Below, piece by piece: positions 11,056-24,900 of a stretch of DNA of 64,000 bases. Source of the stretch: Octopus sinensis (taxonomy: Eukaryota). A program made the position numbers and the translations under genes. The stretch spans positions 1,970-65,969 of the forward strand of contig NW_021834954.1 of assembly GCF_006345805.1 (NCBI RefSeq), read 5' to 3'. How positions within the stretch are numbered: the first letter of the stretch is position 1; each line of letters begins with the position of its first letter. Below the pieces are notes generated by a model that had not been told where the DNA came from, searched no databases, and saw only the letters and a program-made list of their open reading frames with translations.

Positions 11056-11222
11056 ATAACCGAGTTAGTAAACGTTTTTATCTTCATTTCACTAAATTTA
11101 TCCAGCTTCTGTGTTCCTAGCACATATTTCGCCTTAATGTACTGATATATGGAAAATATATGGCTTGTGTTAGAAATACCAGCGATTATAATTATTTTTA
11201 TTTTATCGCAATTTGATTTGTT

Positions 11223-11313
<91 letters not shown>

Positions 11314-11457
11314 ATGTAGATACCAGTTCAATGTACGAGCATTTAAATCTGATTGGGAAACTAATCTGAATAAAATAAAAACCATGTATAAATGGATCCT
11401 CACTTGCAGCCAGTTGGTGAATTGTTTTCGGCTTTAATAAAATACTATATACATATA

Positions 11458-11770
11458 TACTGAGTGTCCTGATATTTAGGCAACTGAAGTTTCAGTATTA
11501 AATAACTATCAATGAATGTGATAAGATATAAAAATTATACATCATTATAAAAACTTAGTATGTCTTGTTTTTGTTTCAGACAAAATAAATTCAGATTTAT
11601 AAATTAAATAATGACTATAGACCAAAATACAATCATGACCATCCACAAAGAATGCGAAAATAATAGAGCAATAGCAAAAATCCTTAACAGTAACCAAAAA
11701 CACAGCCTCGAAAATTGTAAAGAAATTTCAAGAGACTGATTCCACTGCAGATCAACCTTAACATGGGCCA
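11458..11770 (+). mobile_element. Possible Tc1/mariner 5' end with transposase HTH relic
   Basis: TA-CTGAGTGTCC TIR-like start. Frameshifted translation IHKECENNRAIAKILN..TASKIVKKFQETDSTADQP*HG resembles the Tc1 N-terminal HTH. Confidence 0.45.
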
Positions 11771-12225
11771 AAAAAGAAGTGTGAAGCCCCCTCAGTTATG
11801 ACCCTTTATTTTTACCAAAATCTCTAATTGGTGGGTGGGAGAAAGATATCCCGCAAACAGGAGGCCTTACAGGAATGCATACAACTGCTTAATCCTCTCC
11901 TAAAATGACCGCGAATGTCAGATGATGATTTTAGAAAAGGGTGGAGGATTAAGTCTATCACCAAATACTGCAAGATATTTCAAGCTATGTATATGATATG
12001 TGGGTTATGTGGTTTACTCTTGAAATCATTGAGCTGTGACCATGCTACGGTTTTGCTTTGGTGGGTCTAATCAATCATATAAACCCCAACTCTTGCTTTT
12101 AAGTCTGTCATCTATTCATAATCTAAATATTTGTGGAACAGCTAGGTTAGGAAACCTACTAAAGATTTTAATTAACCAGTAAATACTGATAAATTTACAG
12201 CTTGTTTTAATGATGGAAAGTATTT

Positions 12226-12257
<32 letters not shown>

Positions 12258-12259
<2 letters not shown>

Positions 12260-12965
12260 CAGCATGGGATTTTGTCAGTGAACTAGTCGCAGTCTCAAAG
12301 CGATGAAAATATTTTGAGAAAGAAAAATGACAACATTATTCAAGAGATGATTTCTTTTTTCTAGCTCGAAGCTGAGAAAACTAATAAGGAGAGTCGAGGA
12401 GGCGGTCGAAAAAGTCAGCTTCTATATGTGGCTGAAACGGGAAGACCAACGCTGGCTTGAAAGTCATAACATGCCAGCAGGAAAATAACATCAGTAGGTG
12501 AGACAGGCTGACACTGAATTAGCTTCACTGATTGACAGGTGACGGTCTCGTTTAAAGAATGCGTGGGCTAAGACTACGCACCTTCATTCGTCAGTTAAAT
12601 TTGAGACAGTGTCATGTGACAACTTGCTGGGGTTGCCTGCTGGAGCCTAGCGGCAGGTATTTAAAGGGGGAAAAATTTGACAAGACAGTCAGTCGCTCGT
12701 TGACGCTACACAGAAGAGGCCAGGGAACAGAAGAAAGAAGACACTTCTGAAAGAGAGGGCCCCGCCACGCCAAAACGGTAGAGGAGCAGAAGCTGAAACC
12801 GTACGTGGTTCCTCCTGATGATGTCTTGAGCTAACTGGACCCTAGAAAGGAGCTGTTGTAGCAGACCACGAGACACGGTTGAAATTCCTCCAATTTAAAT
12901 GTTGAAGTAAATCTAACGGTTTTTGTGTGTTTCTTAAATGGCTTATAAACACCTTCCATGCTGCC
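12258..12965 (+). mobile_element. 3' fragment of an RLE-type (HERO/NeSL-like) non-LTR retrotransposon plus 3' tail
   Basis: RKLIRRVEEAVEKVSFYMWLKREDQRW resembles the ORF end of HERO-like elements. Starts directly after (TG)n. An internally deleted relative lies at 45240-45440. Confidence 0.55.
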
Positions 12966-13054
12966 ACTGTTTATATATATATGTATGTATATATATAAAT
13001 AAACTCGAAAATGTTTGAATAGGGATGTATTTCTAGCATCTCTATATCTGACTA

Positions 13055-13750
<696 letters not shown>

Positions 13751-14699
13751 GAATCATAGGAGCTGCAGTGATATAACATAGACATAATGTTATTGTCTAA
13801 AATGAGGGTTACTTCACCGTACATTGTGGTGGCTATATGTTTCATTGGGTGGTGAGGATAGTAGACAGTGCAATGCTTGAAAAAAAAAAGTTCAAGAATT
13901 TCATAGTTTCTACACTGTGAGAGATTTCTCTTTGGATTTACTGATTACCTTGATATCAGTGAGATTGCCATTGTCAAACAAGAGATTTGTTATTTTAGTA
14001 AGTGTCTACCCTCCAACCATGTGTTCCTCTGAAGAGAAAAAAAGACTAATATTCTATCTTTCATGAAAAAAGCTTCTGTGCAGTGTTCTTTCTGCTTATA
14101 AAATCTTCATATTTGGTGATTTCAATGAAAGCATTTGCAGAGATAAAAAAGTTTGGGATATAATTGGGAAACATGAAGCCAGAAAATGCAATAGTAATGG
14201 CTTGTTTAGTACTGCAAATGTGTTCGATTTTTGCATATACTGGGTAACTGTCAATCTCCTAGTGTGGAGCATGCTGTATTTGAGCACCAAATGTGTGGGA
14301 GTATTTATGTGATCAAGATGAAAGGCAATTAGGTCTCTCATTAATTTCTGTTTGGTGAGTTGGCCCTGAGGAAAAATCTAGGCAACAAATTGAAATCAAG
14401 GCATGAATGCATTAGAGACACTTAGAGGATCTAGATCAAATTAAGTTTTTGATGGAAAAAATTGGTTCATGTTGGAATGAGTGAATTTGAATGAATGTCA
14501 ATAAAATCTTAGTGTGCATGAAAAGCTTGAGAGAGATTTTTGAAAAGGTCTTAATATTAATGTTTCCATTGTGTTTTGCTTCAAAAACTACATAGACATG
14601 ACAGAATTAAATAGACATCCTTATAATTGTTAAAATTTATTTAAATTATTTATTAATTATTATAATGTGAATATCTAATATTTAGTAGACAGGCTCCTT

Positions 14700-15480
14700 G
14701 CATTTTTGAATGCAAGGACCCTAGCAGGCATGCTACTGATCTGATGAATATTCTCTTCATGATTTTCTTGCCAAGTTTCTTGCAGTAATATCAAAAGATC
14801 TGGCTTTAAGGATGCTTTCTTTTTCTTTTTAGGAAGTATCCCATCCATCATGTCTCAGGGGTGTTCAGTAGGGTTCATATCTGGTGATTGGCTTAGCTAT
14901 GGAAGATGTTTAATGCCATTCTCTTCCAACCAATCCTGGGTCTTTTAGTTGTGCAAGAAAGCCCTATCTTCCATAAATAGTGTTCTTTAATCATTTTACC
15001 CCTAGAGGATATAGGAAGAAGATTTTTCTATAATATGGACACATATCTGAGTTTATGTATCCCTCACACTCCACCATTTCTGATTGACCATTGCTCCAAA
15101 TTTCTCTCCAGACCATCACGTTTCATTGTTGGCTGCAATATATTCACGTGAAAATATTGGTGACTGATTCTCCAGACCCACATTCGACCAGTGTCAGAAA
15201 ATACAGCAAATCTGGATTCATCAGAGAATTTGACAGTGTCCCAAAGTGCTAGTGACCTCTCTACCATCTCACTTGTCCAATCTTTTCTCCATTTGATATT
15301 GGCTGGTCGAAGCAGTGTCTTCTTTCTTGCTGCTCTGCCATAATAGCCAATTTTGCAGAGATAACTGACAGCTATTCTGGGACTGACATCAACTTCTGTT
15401 ATATTGGAGGCCTTGCAATGAGGATTATCTTACTTTTCTTAAGAAAGCAAAGTGTTCTGTTAGAGGGCCTTAGTCTACTT
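14700..15480 (-). mobile_element. Tc1-family transposase pseudogene
   Basis: KFSDESRF...GRMWVWR...LQPTMK, then MEDRAFLHN*...*LSQSPDMNPTEH, which are Tc1 DDE-domain motifs with stops. Confidence 0.82.
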
Positions 15481-16507
15481 TCCCGTTTAGTGAATTGAAA
15501 AATTACTCTATTTACTGTAGAAAGTAGAATCACAATGTTTTCTGTGGTTTTAGGCTAAGTCAGCCTTGAAATAGGCGCAGCATATGGCCTCTTTGTAAAT
15601 TGGACATTTTTAAGGCTTCTTTTGTACATGATATGATTAAACAGGCACATATAGAATCTGAAACATATAAATGTCAATTGATAAAAAAAATATAAACCTC
15701 TTCAAGTTATAATAACCATAAAACAATGTGTTAATGGGTATCTATTTACTTTTGTCATGTTTGTGTACAAATGTATCATTTGTTAGAACTGCACTTTGAA
15801 AGAAAAAAGAAAACCTTTAGTAGAAAATTATCATTAGCTACGACAATGTTACCCAACTATTAAATCTTATATTTTTCAAACTCATGCTAGGATGGAAAAA
15901 TGAACGTAGATATGAGACTTATTTTTACACATGTATTGATGCATATAAAACATGAAATTATGTTGTCTACATACTTAAATACTTGCAATTAATTCATTGT
16001 AAGAACATAGAATTTTGACAGGTTTTCTTGAGTTGTTGCTCATCTACAATAATCTGATAAGTTTGAGGTTATTGTTGGTTGCATAAGATTGTCATTGAAT
16101 TTTCTCTGAACAGAAATATCTAATCATCATTTTATCCATACTAGCATGGGTTGTATGTGTTATGTTGATATCTGTTTCAGTTTAATTCCCTCTGCAATAG
16201 TTTCTTTTTTTTTGTGTTTATGCAATATGGTACTCTCATAAAATACAGTTGTATCTTGCCTTACACAGTATTCTGTTTCTTAGTTCACTTTTGCACAATT
16301 TTGCTCATTTTCCTCTATTTGTTTCTTTTTGTTTTTACAAATATAGAAGTAGTACTTGCTTCAGTTTCTCATTATATTTTGTTCAATATTTTTGAATTTG
16401 AAATATTAAAATTGATTTCACTGGAAATGAAAATTCAATGTATAAAATTAACTTTAAACTAGAAGATGTTCAGCATAAAATGCAAAAGTTTTACAAAAAG
16501 AATTGTT

Positions 16508-17362
16508 CTCATCATCATCATCATTTAATGTCCATTATCTATGCTGGCTTGGGTTGGACAGTTTCATCAGGGCTGGTAAGCTGAGGGTCTGCAGCAGACT
16601 CCAGTCTTGATTTGTCATTGTTTCTATGGCTGGATGCCCTTCTTAACATCAAGCACTCCATGAGTGTTGTGGGCAGGGGTTGTGAAAAAAATTAATTGAT
16701 GGGAAATTAATTACAATATATTGTCTTCTAAGGCACAGCATGTCATGAAAGGTGTTGGTCATTAGTCATTGCCTTTATAAGTTCCAACAGTCAAAGATCA
16801 TGCATTACCACCTTGTCCAGTGCCTTCTTATGTCTACTTCTTCTGCCATGTAGCATAGCTGTCTGCACAGGTATAATCAATCTGCCTTTCACTCTGAAGG
16901 AGAGACCCTTAGTTACCAAACAGAGGAAGGAGCTCTCTGAATTTGCTCAGCCTATTTTTATTCTTGCAGCCACACTCTTGGTTCATCCACCTCTGCTACT
17001 GACTTTGTTACTCAACGATCTCTAATGTACTCCTCTGGCATTTGATGGAGCCCATTTTCTGTACACTTTTAGTGTTTACTGTATGAGGCCTTCCACATAC
17101 AAAAAATATTTTCCCAGTTTACCTTCCTCTGATATTGCTACACCTATTATGTGTTATACAGAGTACATCTACCTACCTTCTTTTTGAGGATGGCCATGTA
17201 CATGAAGGGCTTTATGATTTATCTGTTTTCCTACTTACTAAGACTTTGGGTTAGGGTTGGGTAGGTTAATTCTGTGACCTTTCAATTCTAGACCTTGCTT
17301 CCGTACGCACAATTTGTTCTCTAGTTCTGGTAGTGATTTAGCTAAAAGAAAAAGCTCATCAG
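16508..17362 (-). mobile_element. Old RTE copy (YADD region to 3' tail), split by a Gypsy insertion
   Basis: Homologous to 800-1390 and 1900-2086 of the first RTE. The upstream part resumes at 19340-19530 (KITERIIAQLIR..LDEMQFGFV). Confidence 0.8.
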
Positions 17363-19304
17363 TAAATAAGTGTGAAAACTCTTTGCTTTCACAAACACTT
17401 TATGTACACAAATTGAAGCAATGAAAAAAAAGGTCCTCGGTATACATGAAACGTGAAGGAAAATATTTGGATAATGAAACTAATAATGTATGGCTAATTG
17501 AATGTAATATAATAAATGATAATATATGAGTGTTCAGTTGTCATCCTCTATGCCCTCCCCAATTCCTTTGAGAGAAGCAAAGAAGACTAATAATATGTAT
17601 TAAATGATTAACGAAAATAATAATTAGTGCAAGAGACCCTTAATCAATATTGACGGTGTGATGATCAAGGAGCAACGTGTCAGTTGTGCATCAGGCTTTT
17701 GTGTCAGTCTTTGCGAGTCTGGCAGAGCGACAAACAGGACAATTGCTGGATGGGGGATAAACTACATCAGGCAAAGGTCGCTCTTGGAGGGCAGGGGTTT
17801 GAAGGGGTGTTGGGGTATGAATACTTGTGGTTAAAGGTGGGGTAAGTTGGCGTGGCTCTGTGGGTAGGCGGTAAGATGCATTTCCGGTTATGGTGATTTG
17901 GGAGTCGGGAAGTGGGCATCTGTGTTGCAGCTGCATGAGGTGCTGATAAAGTGGGTTGAGAAGGTAGTCTCATCACTGGTGTTGGCGTGAGGAACGCAGG
18001 TGGTCCAGACACCATGAGCAGGGGGGCGTGGGGGAAGAATCAGTAGATACTTCCAGAGGATTTTTCTGTTGTGACTCGGTGTGACTCGGCCTCATCCATC
18101 CACTCTCAACATGTACGGATCGAACTGGCGTACGTCTAAATGGTACCAGTTTTCCCCCCATTTTGGGTCCAACTTAGCTCTGGATTAGGACATAGTTCGA
18201 AAGATGTCAGTGGAAGAATTGAGCATGTGTGTTTTGACAACCGTTCAGTAGGACCCATGTTGTGTTTACGCAGGTCTTCTTTTCAATAAGTCATAGTTTC
18301 ATGCCATGTGGAATGTAGCTTGTACTTGCCGGGATGGATGGGAATAAAGTATTGTATAGGGCTGCCAAAGATGCACATGGCTGGGGACAAGTGTGTGTCC
18401 CAGTCAGGTGTATTTCTTTATTGTAGCATTGTGCACTGGAAACTGTCAGTGTTAAGTAAGCCATTGGTGTCAGTGTTTTCTGTAACGAGGCCATTTATTG
18501 TCTCAATACCGACTTTGGCGCGGCAGTTGTCATGGGGAAATGCATCGGCGGTGATTCTGTGGTGCACTCCCAAATTGTGGAAGAAGGGCGGTGCTAAGTG
18601 CCTGTGCGCCATTCGATGCTTTCTTTACGATGGTTTTCCAGACCTGTTAGGACATACCACCATTGTCTGTCACCAAGTGACAGATGTACCAATGGGGTTA
18701 GGCTTGATAACTCCAAGTGGAACGTTCCGGGCGAGACCTGCTTTTACTTCCTCTTGCCAATGAACCTGGACTGGTATGGGCGTATGGTGGGCGACTGGTT
18801 TAGCATTAAGCGGATCGGTTGGTCAGACATCTTGGAGAATTGCCGATGGTTGCAGATGTTGAATGTGCTGGAGCTGTAGTATTGTAGCAGCTACTTCCTC
18901 AGGCGAAAACGTTTTTCCTCAGTGGCTGGGAATGGTAGTGTAGTTGGAGGAGGGGGTTGTATTTGTTGTAGGTGGCAGGTGCATACATTCTGTGTCATTG
19001 TTGCAGATGATCGATGAGGCTTGTCAGTACTCTCTCCCGTGGATTGTTTACAGGCCAACTCATGGCACAATCAGGTGCAGGACAGGGTACGTTGGTCATA
19101 CTGACTCGCTTTTTGTCATAAATAAGTCTGACAACTGTTTGCTTTCACCAATATTTTACGCAGTCTGAAGCAATGAGTAAAGGGTCTTCAGTATACCTGA
19201 AATGTGAAGGGAAAGATGATGGATAATAAAATGAATAATATATGGCGAATTGAATGTAATGTAATAAATTGTAATATGTGTGTTTAGTTGTAATCCTGTA
19301 ATCA
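17363..19304 (-). mobile_element. Internally deleted Gypsy LTR retrotransposon with both LTRs (about 17363-17552 and 19114-19304)
   Basis: About 190-bp direct repeats, roughly 75-80% identical by eye. PPT-like AAAGGAATTGGGGAGGG on minus next to the 3' LTR. Relics in order: gag start MTNVPCPAPDC..HL, pre-RT/RT start (PVAHHTPIPVQVHWQEEVKAGL..LGVIKP), integrase core and C-terminus (LGVHHR...FPHDNCRA...RNTPDWDTHLSPAMCIFG). Confidence 0.82.
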
Positions 19305-19339
19305 GCATAGAGGAGTTGCTAGGGTCTGCCTGTTTTATA

Positions 19340-19530
19340 TTCATATGTTATTACCTGAATGATTATGATACCAACAAAATTCAAGTACAGAGGTTTATAC
19401 TGGGGGTTTCTTACCAGAAATATATCATGACTGGTGTTTCTTCCTGATACAAAACCAAATTGCATCTCATCTAGATTAAGTCTTTTCCTAATTAGTTGGG
19501 CTATGATCCTCTCCGTGATTTTCATCATCT
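19340..19530 (-). mobile_element. RTE RT fragment (upstream half of the copy at 16508-17362)
   Basis: ORF 19319-19528 matches 355-520 of the first RTE. Confidence 0.8.
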
Positions 19531-20489
19531 GAAGAAATTAGTGCCAGTGCAAGCACTTTATTTTTAAAGCACACATCAAGCATATGATAACATATTAGCA
19601 ATAAGAAAGCGCTCTAATCGATGTCTACCTATATACATACATATATGCAGGGTAACCATGTACTTTCTCTACAGCGACACACCTCTGCCTGTCTCTCTAT
19701 CATACTACAGGTTAGGATGAAGCCACCTCTCTAGCAATCCACTCATCCTTGAAATTTACTTTTTAATTTTACTTGTGTCAGTGTTACCAAAACTTTTCTC
19801 AGACATAGAAACCATGTGAAAACAGACATTAGAGGTACGTGTAGCAATTCATTTCAGATAGTGTGAAATAACATGAAAAATGACAACATGAAAAACGAAT
19901 GTTAAATGATGATGACACGCACACGTCCCCAGTGGCTAGTACACTTTAATAATTAATTTGTTTATATTATTATTGAGCAAAAAATCTATTTCATTTCGCA
20001 TGAGAATGATTAGTTTGATGACTTGTGGAAGCAATGTACTGTGTAAATGTAAGGACAACTGTATTTATTAAACAAGTGTATTTCATGATTCAACACTTAG
20101 ATAAAACTTGACTTTCAAATGTTGGTTGATATTTTGCTTGTTGTTTGCATATCATGCCTTGTATTATAGATCCCAAATGGCCAAAGGTAAGTGGTTTTTC
20201 TTATTTTGGTGTGGGTTTGCTGTTAGGATTGGTTTTCAGAGTTTAGTCTATATTAGGGTCAGCTTGGGGGTTTGTGAACGGTTTTTAGAGAGAATAGTCA
20301 GGTAAGAGATCAAAGTTTGAACTAGGGGTTAGGATTTGGGGTGATGAGGAGGGTAGAGATTGAACAGGTTTATTTCGAGTGTTGATCACTGTCTTATATC
20401 GGGTTTAGCATTGAAAAGCAGGAATCATGCCTCATCCTCTACTACAATAGGAAAAATATAACCACGTTCTTCTATTGTTAACCATCATT

Positions 20490-20640
20490 CACAGTACATG
20501 CTGGTGTCACCGTAGCTTAGCGGATCGTCAAAGGAGACCGATAGAATAAATAGTAGGCTTACAAAGAATATGTCCTGGGGTCGATTTGCTCGATAAAAGG
20601 TGGTACTAAAGCACGGACACAATCAAAAGAATGAAACAAG
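20490..20640 (+). mobile_element. Abundant SINE-like repeat (family B); other copies near 22385, 23840, 24740, 25260, 28590, 34015, 44490, 46040, 53400, 58440, 58690
   Basis: Shared core ccgtaacttagcggttc...gatagaataagtactagg...gtcgatttgctcgac...ctccagcatggcc in both orientations. Confidence 0.75.
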
Positions 20641-21755
20641 TCTTTATTATAATATTCAAGGGAAGTTACTCTAGAAGATATTTTCCAGTTATCTCCCTTA
20701 AATTTGTCAACAGAATAAACACTATATTTCGTTTTTGGATTTGGTTTGCAAGATTCTTTATATGAGTTCGTGTGTTGAAACATATTCTGTTGTGTCTGGG
20801 GAGAGTCATTTTCTTTTTGTGCCTTATTATTTAACACACTCACCGGTAAAATTTCCACTTGTTTCCTACTTTATTTTTCCAAAATTTTCGTTGCGTCTTC
20901 TCAACATTTTCAATAGTCGTTGACTCTGTCCAATATTTATACTGCGTTCCCTTTTGTTTGTTTGTGCGCATGTGTGTGGGTCAATGGGTCAGTATGGATG
21001 TGTGCCTATACATGCATGCATGTACGTATATATGTGTGTGTGTGCGTTTGCATGTATATATATATGTTTCCTTCTTTATTTTTCCAAAATTTTCGTTGCG
21101 TCTTGCAGCCTTTTCAATAGTCTTGACTCTGTCTGTTATTTACACTGCGACCCCTTTTGTTTGTTTGTGCGCATGTGTGTGGGTCAGTGTGTGTGTGTGT
21201 GTGTGTGCCTATACATGCATGTACGTATGTATGTGTATGTATGTATATGTGTGTGTGTATGCATATGTATATATATATGTATGTGTGTGCATCTGTATGT
21301 ATGTATCCTGTATATTTATGTGCTTGTCTGTCCGTGTTTGTGTATTTCCTATGTATGTGTGTGTGTGTGAGCGTGTGTCTGTATATGTATGCACCTCTGT
21401 CTCCTTGTGTGTGCATGTGTGTAACTATGTACCATGTTTGTATGTATGGATGTGCATCTTTATATGTGTGGATCCGTGTCTCCTTGTGTGTCTGTTCTTG
21501 TAACCTATGTACCTATCCGTCTGTATGTTGATCTGTTTATTTACATATTTATATGCTTACATACATAAATTTAAAAAAATATAAGTAAATAAAAATTAAA
21601 AAAATATAAAAATTAAGAAAATATAAAAATATAACAAAAAAAAAAATATTACTAATGATAAAAAAAAGGCATATACACTCACACCCACATACATACATTT
21701 ATGTACCTAACAGTCTACTCTACCTTTGTAAACTGTGGGTATGGAGGTATGGTAT

Positions 21756-22280
21756 TTATTGTGTATATTTCCTATTTAATATTGGAGAGGTTTCATTTAT
21801 AAGGACGTACTCCCGTATTTGTCTGAGTGTTGGGTCTTTTGTGTGCTTGGATAAGATGCGGATGTCAAGTTGCCCCAAGTTACCTCCATGGTGGTCTTTG
21901 GCATGTTGGTAGAGTATGGAGGACTGTTTTCTGTCGTCATATTGTCTTAGATGTTCATTTATCCGTTCCGCAATGCTCCTAGACGTCTCCCCTATGTACA
22001 TCATGTTCATGTCCTTACAAGCACCTTCTATGCATCTTATACTGTAAACTACATTTCGAGTTCTACAGTTAATACCAGGGCTAATTCTACATACCATGCA
22101 GTTATCATTTGTGCATAAGGTATTCTTAAACGGGTATGTCCTACATAGATGTGACCTGACGGACTTCCCTGGCTTTTCAACAATTTTAATGTTGTGTTTG
22201 GCCACCTTCAGAGCTTTTCTAAATCTACGGGCTAGTTCTCCATGGGCTGTGGCCTCTACAAACATCACTCCTTGAATTTT
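21756..22280 (-). mobile_element. Penelope-like element 3' fragment encoding GIY-YIG endonuclease (Naiad-like signature)
   Basis: MFVEATAHGELARR...IKIVEKPGKS...CTNDNCMVC...NCRTRNVVYSIRC...MYIGETSRSIAERINEH...HAKDHH; open to a TAA at 21756. Confidence 0.88.
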
Positions 22281-22588
22281 TACCAGTGAGTGTGTTAAAT
22301 AATAAGGCACTAAAAGAGAACGACTCTCCCCAGACACAACAGAATATACACTGTTTTCGCTAATTACTCTTTCACTCGCTTTTGCTATTTTCAGTTATTT
22401 GACTGCGGCCATGTTGGAGCACCGCCTTCAGTCGAGCAAACAGAGCACATGACCTATTCTTTATATGCCTAGTACTTAATGTATGGGTCTCTTTTGCCGA
22501 ACCGTTCAGTTACGCGGGCGTGAAAATAGTAGCATCGTTTGTCAAGCGATGCTCGAAGGATAAAGAGGCATACAAACGTATATGTATG

Positions 22589-22666
<78 letters not shown>

Positions 22667-22829
22667 CGGGCTTCTTTTAGTTTCCGTCTACGAAATCTAT
22701 AGTTGAAGACACTTGCCCAATGTGCCACGCAGTGGTGGGACTGAACCCAGAACACTACGGTTCGTAAGCAAGCTACTTATCACAAAGCCGCTTCTACGCC
22801 TAGCAATATATATATGTATATATATATAT

Positions 22830-22985
22830 AACGAAGCCTGCAACAACTCAACTTCTATAGTCATAAATATTCCACACCAGAGATATCTCAGAATGAGACC
22901 AATTGTAGCCAGTCCAGGTACATAGATAAGGGGGTTACTGGGTGGTTAGCACATCCAGTTGGAATCTCAGTACCCTCTACCCCAG
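22830..22985 (+). mobile_element. Penelope-like RT N-terminal relic
   Basis: SIVINIPHQRYLRMRPIVASP resembles the PLE P..L..RPIVA motif. A related, longer relic lies inverted at 24370-24690. Confidence 0.55.
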
Positions 22986-23155
22986 TATGAAAATTAGTTT
23001 TATCCACTTTTGAAATAATATATTTTCTCCATCTGCAAATGTGGGTATCTTAGAGATGGTCAAATTGTTTGTTGTAGCTGTAATTGTCGCACACACACAA
23101 ACAAATAAAAACACTCAGTCGCTCTCACACACACGTACACACAGAAATAAAAACA

Positions 23156-23193
<38 letters not shown>

Positions 23194-24369
23194 CTGAAAT
23201 GTAAATAGAGAAATAAAAAGAAGGAAAAGAACATTGTGACATAAACTGTAATCTCTTGAAATGTAAAAAGAATTGTTGAAGAGGAGAGAAAGACTTTAAT
23301 TTGGACTGTTTTCGAACTTTGTATTGTGTTGAACATCTGTTCTGATTGTTTCCGGACGTTGTGTTATGTTGAAATGCATTGTTTGTTTTTCTTTTACGAT
23401 TTGTTAAATGTTTTTCTTTAAATGTATCTGAATTGTTTTACGTTTTAATTGATGTTGTAAGAAATTGTATAAACTGTTGTTAAATGTAAGCAACTGCCTT
23501 CCGCTGTCTCTTTCTTCCTGTTGTTGTTGCTGTCTCCGGTCACCAGTCTGTGTTCGCTGCCATCCTCCACCGCTTGCTGGGATAAATTTCCGATTTGACT
23601 GAGCGTGGTCGTCGTCGTCGCTCGACTTAGGGTCCCGAGTTCGAGTTGAGCGACGGCAAGTTCGTAAGAATATATATATATATTTATATACATAAATACA
23701 TGCTGTGTGTTTGCAGTACTGTGTATATGTATGCGTGTGTGTGAGTGTTTTAAAATCTGTGTGTATGTGTGTTTCTACGTATATATATATATATATATAT
23801 ACATATACACACGTTAATATGTCTGTTTATCCATCGAACATAACGTCACCGTAACTTAGCGGTTCTGCAAAAGAGACCTATTGAATACCTACTAGGCATA
23901 CAAAGTCCTGGGGTCGATTTGTTCGACGAAAGGCGGTGCTCCAGCATGGCGGCAGTGAAATAACGTGTAACAGAGCGACAAAGTGTATATTACGAAAAGT
24001 ACAAATTTAGGGGAGATAACTACAAAATATCTTATAGAGTTACTTCCCTTGCATATAAATACTAAACACACCAGTATCAGTTGTGAAGCGGTTTTGCTGA
24101 CACAGAAACATACACACACACATACATACATATATATATATTCATATATTCGACGGGATTTCTTCTATTTCCATCTACCAAAACACTCAGAAACTTTGGT
24201 CTGTCCGAGGCTATATTAGAAGACACTTACCGATGGTCCAACGTAGTGGGACAGAACCAAAAGCCACGTGATTCGGCAGCAAGCTACATTCCACACAGCC
24301 ACTCTTACGCCTTATACTTTTCTCAGATGGCGACAATGTATTAATTTCACAAGTGGATAAAAGAAATTC

Positions 24370-24690
24370 TCATACTGGCGTGGAGGGGGCTGATTTTCTA
24401 CCTGCGAGTGTTAAGCACCCGATGAACCCCGTATCTACATAATTGGATCGGCCATGATTGGTCTCATTCGGAGGTCTCTCGGGTGTGGAATATTTATAAC
24501 TATAGAAGTTAATTTGTTAATAAGAATTCGTTTATGGCCTAACTTTTGTAGATTTTGGGAAGTCCACAGGTGTTACTGGCTTTGCAGTCAAATCTAGTCA
24601 AGTAATTTGTCTCCTTTTTTGTCAAATCTTGTTGGAACTGGTGGATAAGAGTAGATAGTTTGGTCATTATCTTCAATTGACTGTAGTTGT
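24370..24690 (-). mobile_element. Penelope-like RT N-terminal relic
   Basis: Minus-strand CKASNTCGLPKIYKS* ... IPHPRDLRMRPIMADP parallels FYGLPKI..GDLKLRPIVAGP in the PLE at 55-57 kb. Confidence 0.6.
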
Positions 24691-24841
24691 TAGGGTTAGG
24701 GTTAGATTTTTCAAGCGATGCTGGTGTGTTTTCCTCCCTTTATTTTAGCGTTTCGGGAAAAGAGAATAAGTTAGAATAAATACTAGGCTTACAAAGAATA
24801 AGTGCTGCGGACGATGTGCTCGACTAAAGGCGGCGCTCTAG

Positions 24842-24900
<59 letters not shown>

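Noticed and set aside
12790-12885. GAAACC-gtacgt-GGTT-cctc-CTGATGA as a type II or type I hammerhead
   Set aside because: Only 4 nt separate the putative cleavage site from CUGAUGA, so helix I cannot form. No correctly placed downstream GAAA follows the tgtcttg/cgagac stem.
17350-17362. CTGATGA on the minus strand
   Set aside because: It corresponds to the YADD codons of the RTE relic, not a ribozyme.
22281-22337. N-terminus MSGESRSLLVPYYLTHSL of ORF 21756-22337
   Set aside because: It is read-through from an unrelated repeat also present at 20782-20854, not part of the PLE protein.
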